A stretch of DNA of 52,157 nucleotides from Macrostomum lignano. Its lineage: Eukaryota. Within the stretch, counting starts at the first letter, position 1; each line of letters starts with the position of its first letter. The position numbers and the translations under genes were made by a program. The notes below the pieces were generated by a model. The model ran no database searches and was not told the DNA's origin. It worked only from the letters and a program-made list of their open reading frames with translations. Location of the stretch: positions 1 through 52,157 of the forward strand of contig NIVC01004273.1 of assembly GCA_002269645.1 (NCBI GenBank). The letters run 5' to 3'. Of the stretch, positions 12,383 to 23,939 are shown one piece after another.

Positions 12383-14356
12383 ATGGCTCAACTTCAAAAC
12401 CAAGACTCAAATTTTCAATCAATAATCCCCAGAAGAAAGAAATTTTATGTCGAGGACACAAAAAATTGGCTGAAATCCGGTCAAAGATCTGGAAGAGAGG
12501 AGAACACGGCAGCAAGAAACAAAGCAAAGTTCGGGGAACTCTCAGGACTGAATATTTCCACAGACGGTGCCAGCAAAGGAGAAATTCCGACTTTACTAAA
12601 AGATTCACGAACTTTCGAGTTGCTGCCAAATCTACTCCAGGCTTCGGAACACGGGTTTTCGAAAAAAAGGATCGAAATTGCAAGCCAGCTGAGGCGAAGG
12701 GAACAAAATCCGGCTAACTCAGTGAATCAGACAGGTAAGAGCAAGGTACTGCGGTACTACAACAACAGCACACCTGGTGGCAGAGCGTCATCAGTGCCGC
12801 AGACTCTGGACTTCCGCAATCAGCGATGGGACACGAGTGGAATGCCGGCCTCGATTCCACAACACCTGTGGGACATGAGACGAGAGGAGAACAGGTGGCA
12901 GTCCTTCCACCTGCCGGATGCCAGCTTCACAGCGGCTCACCTGGTGTCAGTGACGGATCTGGCTGCTGACGGATTCTTCTACCTGCAGGAGTCGGACAGA
13001 GTAAAGTGTGCATTCTGCAAGGGTGTGCTCAAGGACTGGGAGGCGGGCGAGCAGGTCCGAGAGGCTCACAGACGCCACTTCTCCACCTGTCCGTTCGTGC
13101 TGTTCGTCGAGGTCGGCAACGTGCCTCGAGACCACAGAGAGCCAGAAGGAGCCTCGAGGTCAGCAAAGCTGGTAGAGGCAGTGCAGTGCGCTGATCAGAC
13201 TGCAGATGATGCAGTAGTGATGGTGAACGGAGACTGGAGCATGAAGCTGGTCGCTGAGCTACCACCGATGGAGTTCGCTGGACTGAACGAGTGGGCGCTG
13301 GCGACACGCGGAACTCGTACATCGAATGCAGGACGCGTTGTGGACGACGAGCTGGTCGCAGTCGACATGATGAAGCGTCCTCAACTTCCAGTGTCGAGCG
13401 AAGTAGCGAGATCTGCGTGCTCAGAGAGAGCGCTCACGAACCTGTCCGCTCTGCAGCACAGTCTCGAGAGTGATCCATCGAGTGTGACTGCCAAACACGC
13501 ACAGTTCGAGACCTACCAAGCGAGGTCGCAGTCTCTGCACTCGGCTCTCGTTCAGCAGCCAGTGTACTTGCTTGCAAAGGCGGGCTTCTTCTACTCGGAA
13601 GCCGAGAGAGCGACCAGCTGCTTCAGCTGCGGACTCTGCGTGAGCGAGTGGAGCTGCGACGATGATGTGTGGGTTGAGCACGCCAGGTGGTCACCTCGGT
13701 GTCCTCACGTGTTGTTGGAGCGAGGCAGCGACTTTGTACAGGCGGTGCACCGTCTGTCGCCTCCCGTGCAGCACCCGACTTGCGGTGCTTCTGCTCAGCG
13801 TCACACTGCATTGGTACAGACGGAATCAACTGCATCAGCTGGTGCTGCAACTGTCGACAGGTCCGCAGTCCGCAGCAGTCGCGCAGACGAGGCTCTCGCA
13901 GTCACTCCTGGAGTCGAGTTTAGAGTCGAGGCCAGAGACATCAAGGCGAGAGCCGACCTGCCCGTTGTGAGACTGCTCACTCAGCTCGGATTCTCCGCTC
14001 TGCAAGTGAGACTGTTCACAGAGCTGCATCTCAGACAGCGAGGCGATGACTTTGCCACATCGGAGCTGTTCCTCGACTTCATGCTCACTGAGAGCCGCCG
14101 CATGCGCAAGCAGTCGCAGGACCCGGAGGCGTTCTTCGAGAGCAGGATGTCGGAGATTCGAGAGTCTCTGAACCAACAGCCGAGACACCGAGACACAACC
14201 GACTGGAAGACGTGCAAGGTGTGCATGGACAAGGAGGTGAACATCATGCTGCTGGATTGTGGTCACGTGGCCTGCTGCTCAGTGTGCGCCAAGTCGCTGA
14301 AGACGTGCCCCATCTGCAGGGCCTTTATTCGGGGTGTACTTTTTCTGCGGGACTGA
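12383..14356 (+). CDS. Inhibitor of apoptosis (IAP/BIRC-like) E3 ligase, copy 1: BIR-BIR-(UBA-like)-RING, 657 aa; N-terminus uncertain
   Basis: Two canonical BIR zinc motifs C-x2-C-x16-H-x6-C (CAFC...HRRHFSTC; CFSC...HARWSPRC) and a C-terminal C3HC4 RING (CKVC...CGHVACCSVC...CPICR). Single uninterrupted ORF. Confidence 0.93.
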   Translation: MAQLQNQDSNFQSIIPRRKKFYVEDTKNWLKSGQRSGREENTAARNKAKFGELSGLNISTDGASKGEIPTLLKDSRTFELLPNLLQASEHGFSKKRIEIASQLRRREQNPANSVNQTGKSKVLRYYNNSTPGGRASSVPQTLDFRNQRWDTSGMPASIPQHLWDMRREENRWQSFHLPDASFTAAHLVSVTDLAADGFFYLQESDRVKCAFCKGVLKDWEAGEQVREAHRRHFSTCPFVLFVEVGNVPRDHREPEGASRSAKLVEAVQCADQTADDAVVMVNGDWSMKLVAELPPMEFAGLNEWALATRGTRTSNAGRVVDDELVAVDMMKRPQLPVSSEVARSACSERALTNLSALQHSLESDPSSVTAKHAQFETYQARSQSLHSALVQQPVYLLAKAGFFYSEAERATSCFSCGLCVSEWSCDDDVWVEHARWSPRCPHVLLERGSDFVQAVHRLSPPVQHPTCGASAQRHTALVQTESTASAGAATVDRSAVRSSRADEALAVTPGVEFRVEARDIKARADLPVVRLLTQLGFSALQVRLFTELHLRQRGDDFATSELFLDFMLTESRRMRKQSQDPEAFFESRMSEIRESLNQQPRHRDTTDWKTCKVCMDKEVNIMLLDCGHVACCSVCAKSLKTCPICRAFIRGVLFLRD

Positions 14357-14625
14357 ATGAGAAAGTGTTTTTTGATGTTTTTCCTATTTTACCAATAATC
14401 CTTTGCACTTTAGTTGTTTAGTTGTGCACTATTTACAGTCCTTATGTACTATGTTTATTCGCCCTGATATTGGTTTTAAAACCCCTGATATTGGTATCTC
14501 ATTGATTGTCTCATTAAAAGATGCCAGGATGCGCCAGATTGTGGACGATGAAGCTCTTTACTATTCACATATTTATTCAGGCACAACAAAAATTTATGTT
14601 CTGCTGTGTTGCAACTTTAACGCTA

Positions 14626-14960
14626 AAGCCGCCGATTGGCTGACGGGCCTCTGTTTGCCTCACCCTCAGCTAGCCGCTGATTGGCTGACGAGCCTCTCTG
14701 TTTGCCTCACCCTCAGCTAGCCACTGATTGGCTGACGGGCCTCTCTGTTTGCCTCGCCCTCAGCTATAGCCGTTGATTAGCTGACGGCCTCTGTTTGCCT
14801 CGCTCTCAGCCACTGATTGGCTGACGGGCTTCTCTGTTTGCCTCGCCCTCAGCCACTGATTTGCTGCGGGCCTCTGTTTGCCTCGCCTTCAGCCACTGAT
14901 TGGCTGACGGGCCTCTCTCTCTCTCTGTTTGCCCTCGCTCTCAGCCGCTGATTGGTTGAC
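14626..14960. repeat. Tandem ~40-52-bp repeat (8 units), each carrying CTGATTGGCTGACG (inverted CCAAT box plus TGACG)
   Basis: GATTGG at 14634, 14679, 14726, 14815, 14898 and 14950; variant units at ~14775 and ~14858. Confidence 0.85.
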
Positions 14961-15444
14961 TCTAAAGTTCCTAACTTGATCTATTCAAGTCTCGCCGTTC
15001 GGATAGCAAATATGGTATCTCGACCGGGACACAAACAGAATCTTTATGTTCAGTACCAGTTCTAGCTGCTTTAGTATCATGTTTTATTGCATCACGTGTG
15101 TCAACAATGACTCGTTGCCAATCAAAGCAACATATTGTCATTTTTTTGTAAACTAATTGTGTACTGGAACTGGTAACTTCACCATATCTACGTATACGTA
15201 CAGCCCACGAATAGACGTTATGTTAAGTATGCTCTTTATTTGACGAAGTCTCAAGTACACTTTTATTTTTAGGGTTAAACTGAATTGTTTTAAATCAAAA
15301 AGTTATTCTTATCTTACGAACCTTCTCACTGTAAATGAATACATGTATCAATGGAATAATAACTGGAGTTTCATCTCTTGATGATAAGTACAGCGGGCCT
15401 GGCTTTCTAATAATCAGTAATGTACACTCTCTGCGACCCGGCGG

Positions 15445-15684
15445 TTGCCCTACATGGGTGTGATCAGAATCGTCAAATGCTCATCGATGGCGCCAAATTA
15501 TGTGATGTTGAGTGTCAAAACAGCCGCTGAAAATCCGAATAAGCTGATCCTCGCCAGGTTCGACGCCAACGTGAACCAAGCCAAGCCGCCGGTCGCAACC
15601 GACTCAGTTCTCATTGACAATGTGAGCAGCTTCGAGCTGAAGGGCTCCGCTGCCTCCGCTGGGTCGACTCTCTGTATGACATGA
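15445..15684 (+). other. Coding-like segment running into the 17-bp satellite; identity unknown
   Basis: GC-richer, codon-like ORF (…MAPNYVMLSVKTAAENPNKLILARFDANVNQ…) with only a weak by-eye resemblance to thioredoxin-fold regions. Confidence 0.3.
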
Positions 15685-18600
15685 TTCTCTGTATGAACCG
15701 ATTCTCTCCATGGCCCGATTCTTTATATGACCCAATTCTGTCTATGATCGAAATCTTTCTATGACCCGATACTGGTTATGACCCGATTCTGTCTGTGACC
15801 CGATTCTGTCTGTGACGTGATTCTTTCTATGACCCGATTCTCTCTATGACCCGATTCTGTCTCTGACCAGATTCTGTCTATGACCCGATTTTCTCTATGA
15901 CCCGATTCTGTCTATGACCGACTCTGTCTCTGACCCGATTCTCTCTATGACCTGATTCTGTCTCTGACCCGATTTTTTCTATGACCCGATTCTTTCTGTG
16001 ACCCGATTCTGTCTATGACCCGATTTTTTTTATGACCCGATTCTGTCTGTGACCCGATTCTGTTCATGACCCGATTCTTTCTATGACCCGATTCTTTCTA
16101 TGACCCGATTCTTTCTATGACCCGATTCTGTCTATGACCACATTCTGTCTAAGACCCAATTCTGTTTATGACCCGATTCTTTCTATGACCCGTTTCTGTC
16201 TCTGACCCGATTATTTCTATGACCCGATTCTGTCTCTGACCCGATTCTTTCTATGACCCGATACTGTCTATGACCCGATTCTTTCTATGACCCGATTCTG
16301 TCTATGACCCGATTCTGTCTATGACCACATTCTGTCTAAGACCCAATTCTGTTTATGACCCGATTCTTTCTATGACCCGTTTCTGTCTCTGACCCGATTA
16401 TTTCTATGACCCGATTCTGTCTATGACCTGAATCTTTCTATGACCTGATTCTGTCTATGACCCGATTTTGTCTATGACCCGATTCTGTCTCTGACCCGAT
16501 TTTTTCTATGACCCGATTCTGTCTATGACCCGATTCTGTCTATGACCCGATTCTATCTAAGACCCGATTCTTTCTATGACCCGATTCTGTCTATGACCCG
16601 ATTCTTTCTATAACCCGATTCTGTCTATGACCACATTCTGTCTAAGACCCAATTCTGTTTATGACCCGATTCTTTCTATGACCCGTTTCTGTCTCTGACC
16701 CGATTATTTCTATGACCCGATTCTGTCTCTGACCCGATTCTTTCTATGACCCGATTCTTTCTATGACCCGATTCTGGTTATGACCCGATTCTGGTTATGA
16801 CCCGATTCTGTCTGTGACCCGATTCTGTCTGTGACGTGATTCTTTCTATGACCCGATTCTCTCTATGACCCGATTCTGTCTCTGACCTGATTCTGTCTCT
16901 GACCCGATTTTCTCTATGACCCGATTCTGTCTATGACCGACTCTGTCTCTGACCCGATTCTTTCTATGACCTGATTCTGTCTCTGACCCGATTTTTCCTA
17001 TGACCCGATTCTGTCTGTGACCCGATTCTGTCTATGACCCGATTTTTTTATGACCCGATTCTGTCTGTGACCCGATTCTGTCTATGACCCGATTCTGTCT
17101 ATGACCCGATTTTTTTATGACCCGATTCTGTCTGTGACCCGATTCTGTCTATGACCCGATTCTTTCTATGACCCGATTCTGTCTATGACCCGATTGTGTC
17201 TATGACCCGATTCTTTCTATGACCCGATTCTGGTTATGACCCGATTCTGGTTATGACCCGATTCTGTCTGTGACCCGATTCTGTCTGTGACGTGATTCTT
17301 TCTATGACCCGATTCTCTCTATGACCCGATTCTGTCTTTGACCAGATACTGTCTCTGACCCGATTTTCTCTATGACCCGATTCTGTCTATGACCGACTCT
17401 GTCTCTGACCCGATTCTTTCTATGACCTGATTCTGTCTCTGACCCGATTTTTCCTATGACCCGATTCTGTCTGTGACCCGATTCTGTCTATGACCCGATT
17501 TTTTTATGACCCGATTCTGTCTGTGACCCGATTCTGTCTATGACCCGATTCTGTCTATGACCCGATTTTTTTATGACCCGATTCTGTCTGTGACCCGATT
17601 CTGTTTATGACCCGATTCTTTCTATGACCCGATTCTGTCTATGACCCGATTGTGTCTATGACCCGATTCTTTCTATGACCCGATTCTGGTTATGACCCGA
17701 TTCTGGTTATGACCCGATTCTGTCTGTGACCCGATTCTGTCTGTGACGTGATTCTTTCTATGACCCGATTCTCTCTATGACCCGATTCTGTCTTTGACCA
17801 GATACTGTCTCTGACCCGATTTTCTCTATGACCCGATTCTGTCTATGACCGACTCTGTCTCTGACCCGATTCTTTCTATGACCTGATTCTGTCTCTGACC
17901 CGATTTTTCCTATGACCCGATTCTGTCTGTGACCCGATTCTGTCTATGACCCGATTTTTTTATGACCCGATTCTGTCTGTGACCCGATTCTGTCTATGAC
18001 CCGATTCTGTCTATGACCCGATTTTTTTATGACCCGATTCTGTCTGTGACCCGATTCTGTTTATGACCCGATTCTTTCTATGACCCGATTCTGTCTATGA
18101 CCCGATTGTGTCTATGACCCGATTCTTTCTATGACCCGATTCTTTCTATGACCCGATTCTCTCTATGACCCGATTCTATCTATGACCCGATTCTCTCTAT
18201 GACCCGATTCTCTCTATGACCCGATTCTTTCTATGACCCGATTCTCTCTATGACCCGATTCTCTCTATGACCCGATTCTCTCTATGACCCGATTCTGTCT
18301 ATGACCCGATTCTTTCTATGACCCGATTCTGTCTATGACCCGATTCTGTCTATGACCCGATTCTCTCTATGACCCGATTATTTCTATGACCCGATTCTGT
18401 CTATGACCCAATTCTGTCTATGACCTGATTCTGTCTATGAGTCGATTCTCTCTATGATCTGATTCTGTCTCTGACCCGATTTTTTCTATGACCCGATTCT
18501 GTCTATGACCCGATAGTGTCTATGACCTGATTCTGACTATGACCCGATTCTGTCTATGACCCGATTCTCTCTATGACCCGATTCTCTCTATGACCCGATT

Positions 18601-19680
18601 CTCTCTATGACCCGATTCTCTCTATGACCCGATTCTTTCTATGACCCGATTCTCTCTATGACCTGATTCTCTCTATGACCCGATTCTCTCTATGACCCGA
18701 TTCTGTCTATGACCCGATTCTCTCTATGACCCGATTCTTTCTATGACCCGATTCTTTCTATGATCCGATTCTCTATGACCCGATTCTGTCTATGACCCGA
18801 TTCTGTCTATGACCCGATTCTCTCTATGACCCGATTCTTTCTATGACCCGATTCTCTCTATGACCCGATTCTCTCTATGACCCGATTCTGTCTATGACCC
18901 GATTCTCTCTATGACCCGATTCTCTCTATGACCCGATTCTGTCTATGACCCGATTCTGTCAATGAACTGATTCTGTCTATGAGTCGATTCTGTCTATGAC
19001 CCGATTCTGTCTCTGACCCGATTCTCTCTATGACCTGATTCTGTCTATGACCCGATTCTGTCTATGACCCGATTCTGTCTATGACCCGATTCTCTCTATG
19101 ACCCGATTCTCTCTATGACCCGATTCTTTCTATGACCCGATTCTCTCTATGACCCGATTCTCTCTATGACCCGATTCTCTCTATGACCCGATTCTGTCTA
19201 TGACCCGATTCTGTCAATGAACTGATTCTGTCTATGAGTCGATTCTGTCTATGACCCGATTCTGTCTCTGACCCGATTCTCTCTATGACCTGATTCTGTC
19301 TATGACCCGATTCTGTCTATGACCCGATTCTGTCTATGACCCGATTCTCTCTATGACCCGATTCTCTCTATGACCCGATTCTTTCTATGACCCGATTCTC
19401 TCTATGACCCGATTCTCTCTATGACCCGATTCTCTCTATGACCCGATTCTTTCTATGACCCGATTCTCTCTATGACCCGATTCTGTCTATGACCCGATTC
19501 TCTCTATGACATGATTCTTTCTATGACCCGATTCTGTCTATGACTCGATTCTCTCTATGACCCGATTCTTTCTATGACCCGATTCTTTCTATGACCCGAT
19601 TCTGTCTATGACCCGATTCTCTCTATGACCCGATTCTCTCTATGACCCGATTCTTTCTATGACCCGATTCTCTCCATGGC
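15660..19680. repeat. 17-bp satellite (TATGACCCGATTCT[G/C/T]TC)n, ~4 kb, about 235 copies, with higher-order structure
   Basis: Directly visible array. Marker variant GTGACGTGAT recurs at 15812, 16831, 17287 and 17743. Confidence 0.97.
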
Positions 19681-20235
19681 TGGAGGCGCTTGCAGTTTTG
19701 AGGCGCTTTAATGATGAACGCTGCTATTAACCACAGCTCAGTCAGTCTGTCAGGCTCTCAGCCTGTGAGCTGTTAACGCAAACAAGTGTTTAATATCGGA
19801 GGCGTCATCCACAGTCTGGTAAAAATTAGTTGTGCATTTCTGATGTGCTTGGTTAATTTATATATATCTTGTGTGGTTTTTTTACGCTCGTACTGGGAGA
19901 CAAAACTGTAGTGAAAAAATATAATTAACCATTTCAGAAGGACAGACAGCAGAGCAGGTTAAACAATTGACATCTGTAGCACATTAAGTTAAACATGTCA
20001 AAAAAGCATGGATTGGTAGACTTAAGACTTAATCAAATTAAGCTCTAGGATAAGCCATCCTCATAATCAATTAAAAAATTTAAAAGTAAGCATTCAGAAC
20101 GATCTAAGTACAAATGCATCGTATACTTACTTACTTACTTAGCTGCAGGGTGGTCCGTAGACACAGCGGGGAGGCGAGGGTCGCCCATTCCGCTAGCCCC
20201 TGAAGGCCCGCAGACAGGCAGAGGCGTGGGGCCGG

Positions 20236-23200
20236 TCAGGGTGGTCCGCCGGTCCGTCCTGCAGCGTGATCTTCCGTTGGGAAGAAACTGGCTCGTCTAG
20301 TCGCCCGAAGGAACTGGATGAGCCGTGGGATGCTGTCGGGCTGGCAGACCTCGTCAATGGACGGGTTCGGCCCGAGGTAGCGTAGCCGGTCTCTGTTAAA
20401 GAAAGGGCAGTGACAGACAAAGTGCTGAGCATCTTCATTGTCGCACTCGCAGAAGGGGCAAATTTCGCTCTCGAGGTCGCCTCGGAGGAAGCAGTGCCTG
20501 GCGAGGTAGCCATGGCCGGTAAGGGTCATGACAAGGGCTCGAATATCCTTCCGATTCTGGTTCAGAAGGATGTTTCTGAGTCTGTGAGACGGGCAAGGAA
20601 CCGCGGCACGAGATTGCCGGCAGTTTTGGGTGCCCGCCCATCTGTCCCTGTGGAGGGAGTCAGCCCAGTCGTCGATCTGACGATTGATGACAGTCAAGGG
20701 CATAGGGACCAGGGGGGCAGGGCCGAAGAAAGAGCCAGAGCCGCCCCTCTTGGCGAGGGTGTCTGCCAGCTCGTTCCCCGGAAACCCTGCGTGCCCTGGG
20801 ATCCACTTCAGCCTGACAGTATTGCTTCTGGCCAGGAGGTTGAGCTGCCGGGCGCAGTCGGCGACTGTCCGGGAGTTCGTTGTGGTGTGGCAAAGGGCCT
20901 GTAAGGCCGCTTGGCTGTCGGAGTGGATGACAATAGTCTTTCCTCTCGTAACCTTGACGTTCAGCTCTGCAGCGCAAGAGCTGATGGCAAGGACTTCGTT
21001 CTGGAAGACTGTGGAGAGTCTACCAGTGTGCTGGGCATGCGTGGCAATTACGCGGCCGTTAATGATGATGCAGACCCCAAAGCCGGCGCGACCGTCTTTG
21101 ATGGATCCGTCCGTGTAGCAATGGACCTCCTGGAAATTCCAGTGGTCATTGGCAGCATCCCTAGAGGGGATGGTGACCTTGTAGCGCTGAAAGAGGTTGA
21201 GAGTGCGGGGTTCGCCGTCAGACAGGACGTGGAGCCCGCCGCTGTCTCTCAAGTCCTTGAGGCAGAGGTCAGCGTGGGGCAGAAGCTTGCGCTTAGCCAT
21301 GGCCCTATGGGGCTGGATTCGAATGCCAGCGTCAGCTAGACGGCGGGCAGTCTTAGCCGCTTCCCTGCGGACAAAGATGTCCAGCGGAGGAATGTTGAGG
21401 AAGGCGTTGAGGCCATCGTAAGGAGCAGACGGAGGGGCGCTCATGATCGTGCGACAAGCGCGCCCTTGCGCTCTCCTGAGAGCCTCTAGACAGGTCTTTA
21501 TCTGCAGGGCGCTAGCCCAGATCAAGCCGCCATACGAGATAGCGGGCCTAACCATTGCAGTGTAGATCCACCAGAGGCGCTTGGGGTGAGCCCCCAGGTG
21601 GTGCCGACAGCCCTGCGCAATTGCGCGAGGACTGCGAAGGCCTTTTTGGCTTTTGTTTGAACGTGGGATGACCAGTTCAGCCTGTGGTCCAGGGTAATAC
21701 CCAGACATTTAGTCTGCTTGCAGAAGGGGATTTACCTTCCGTAAAGCGTGAGCGGCCGAATCTGCCACTTGGTCCTGCTGGTGAACATGATCGCTGCGGT
21801 CTTAGTCTCAGAGAGCCTTAAACCACAGCGGTCCGCCCATTGCTCAGCGGCGTAGATAAAGTTCTGAAGAAGGTCCCTGAGGGTATCAGGGGACGGACCA
21901 GATGCCACCGCAGTGACATCGTCCGCATATCCAACTTTCAGAATGGGGTCAGGCCGAACATCCCGGAGGAGCTCATCGATGACCATATTCCAGAGAACTG
22001 GAGACAGCACCCCACCTTGCGGGCTACCTTTGCAGACGGGGACCGTCCTCTGGTAGCCCAGCAGACTGGCGGTGGCCGTGCGATGGCTGATCATGTACAT
22101 GATCCATCTGGTGAGATGTGAGTGCGTTTGCCTCTCACAAAGAGCTCTTCGGAACGCCTCAAAGAGGACGTTATCGAAGGCGCCAATGATGTCCAGGAAG
22201 ATCCCCAGAGCAAAGCCATTACCAAGCACGGCCTTCTCGAGTTTATCGACCAGGACGTGCAGCGCGCTTTCAGTGGAGCGACCCGCCCGAAAAGCGTGCT
22301 GGTTCTCGCTGAGAGGTTTGTTCTTCAGCTCAACAGAGAGAAGGCGCCAAAGCACCAGTCTCTCCATCAGCTTGACCAGGGAGGAGGTCAAGCTGATCGG
22401 TCTGAAGGATTTGATAGAATGGTAGTCCGGGCGGCCTGGCTTAGGGATAAAGATCACCTTTGCCTCGGTCCATGCCTGTGGGACATAACCAAGCGTGATG
22501 CATGCCCGAAGAAGGCTGCAAAGTTTGCGCAGGAAGCCTGGGCATTTAACCGCCTCTCTTAGGAGGGCCGGTACAATGCCGTCGGGTCCTTGGGCTTTGA
22601 AAGGCTTGAAGGAATTTGCCGCTCTCACAATGCGGTCCTCCGTGATGATAGAGGCAGCCAGCGCGTGACCTCCCTCCGAGTGATCCGGAGTGGTCTGGTT
22701 AGCTGGCTCGTTGGGGAAAAACGCAGTGAGCATTACATCAAGCGTTTCTCCTGGGTTGTCCGTGGACGTACCGTCGGTGCGTTTGACCGAGGAGAGCTTA
22801 GACATTTTGTCCAGCGTGAGCGCTTTCACAACTCTGGAGGTAGGGCGTGAGCCCTCTAGCTCCTCACAGTATTGTCGCCATTTTGAGCCTTTGCATTCCT
22901 AACCTGCCTTTTAAACTCATGGATTGCTTCATGATAGGCGGTTTGGTCTGCAGGGCTCTTAGTTTTAGTTGCTCTGCGGTGGAGTCTCTTAGCCCTGCGA
23001 CGGAGGTTGCCGAGCTCGGGATTCCACCACGGCGCCGATTTTTTTCCCTTTATAGGCTTTTAAAGGGCAGGACGCCTCAAAGGCGGCGGTTAGCGTCTCT
23101 GTCAAAACAGTCGCGCACTCATCCGCCTCTCGGCACGACGTGATCGTGGATGGTTGGCCAGGAGACCGATGGAATTCCTTCAGGGCGAGCCCGAAGGTTT

Positions 23201-23937
23201 CCCAATCAGTATTTCTGGCGTTCCGTCTCCACGTAACACGAGTTGCGCTACGCGCGGCCATTAGGTTGAAGGAGATGAACTTGTGATCCGAGAGTGAGGA
23301 CACTGGAAGCACCCGCCACGCCCCAATACTCTGGTAGAGTCTGGGCGTTGCGAGCGTAGCGTCGATCACCTCCGACCACCGTCCGTTGTCAAAGGTAGGG
23401 GTGGACCCAGAGTTGCAGAACTCGAGGGTCGTAGAGGCAACGTAGGCTAGGAGGTCTTCGCCTCTCTGATTAATGCCATGCTGCCCCAGTGAGTGTGGTG
23501 GGCGTTGATGTCGCCGGCAACCATGAGCTCGTAGTTTTTGGCAGAGCAGAGCTCTACCAGCGTAGCGAGGGCTCTGGGGACGACCGCAGCATCGCCTGGT
23601 AGGTAAACCGAGGCAATGAGGGTGGTCTTCCCAGGAAGAAGGTCCTCGGATTGGATGACGCAGATGTCCCTGTTGGACAGGTCCGATCTGAGCCACGACT
23701 GAGCGTTTTGCTCGCAAAGATGCAAGCTCTGGGAGGCTGGTTGGCCTCGCGAGGGTAAGTATAAAAACAATTGTAGCCAGCAGGGGCGTTTTGAGGCTTA
23801 CCTCTGAGAGTCCAGGGTTCCTGGACGAGGATGAGCCCCGGCTTGTCGAGCTCGGCGTAACGCATAAGGTTGACCGAGGCTGCGACGCAGTGCTGCAGAT
23901 TAATCTGCAGGCAATGGATTCCCTGGTTGCTGATCAT
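20236..23937 (-). pseudogene. LINE ORF2 (AP endonuclease, reverse transcriptase, RNase H, C-terminal Cys/His motif), interrupted in this assembly
   Basis: APE: LQINLQH, LVQEPW, SVYLP, AGDINAHH, IDATL, SDH. RT: FRPISL, FLDIIGAFD, PQGGVLSP, YADD. RNase H: YTDGS, NEVLAI, HSDSQAAL, WIPGH..GNELAD. C-terminal CPFC..H..C. About 5 frameshifts plus one in-frame TAA at 21732-21734. Confidence 0.9.
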
Positions 23938-23939
23938 TA

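Noticed and set aside
15445-15684. Protein disulfide isomerase or thioredoxin gene call
   Set aside because: Only a loose by-eye resemblance (MAP.Y…LARFDA..N), with no CxxC active site and no other exons found.
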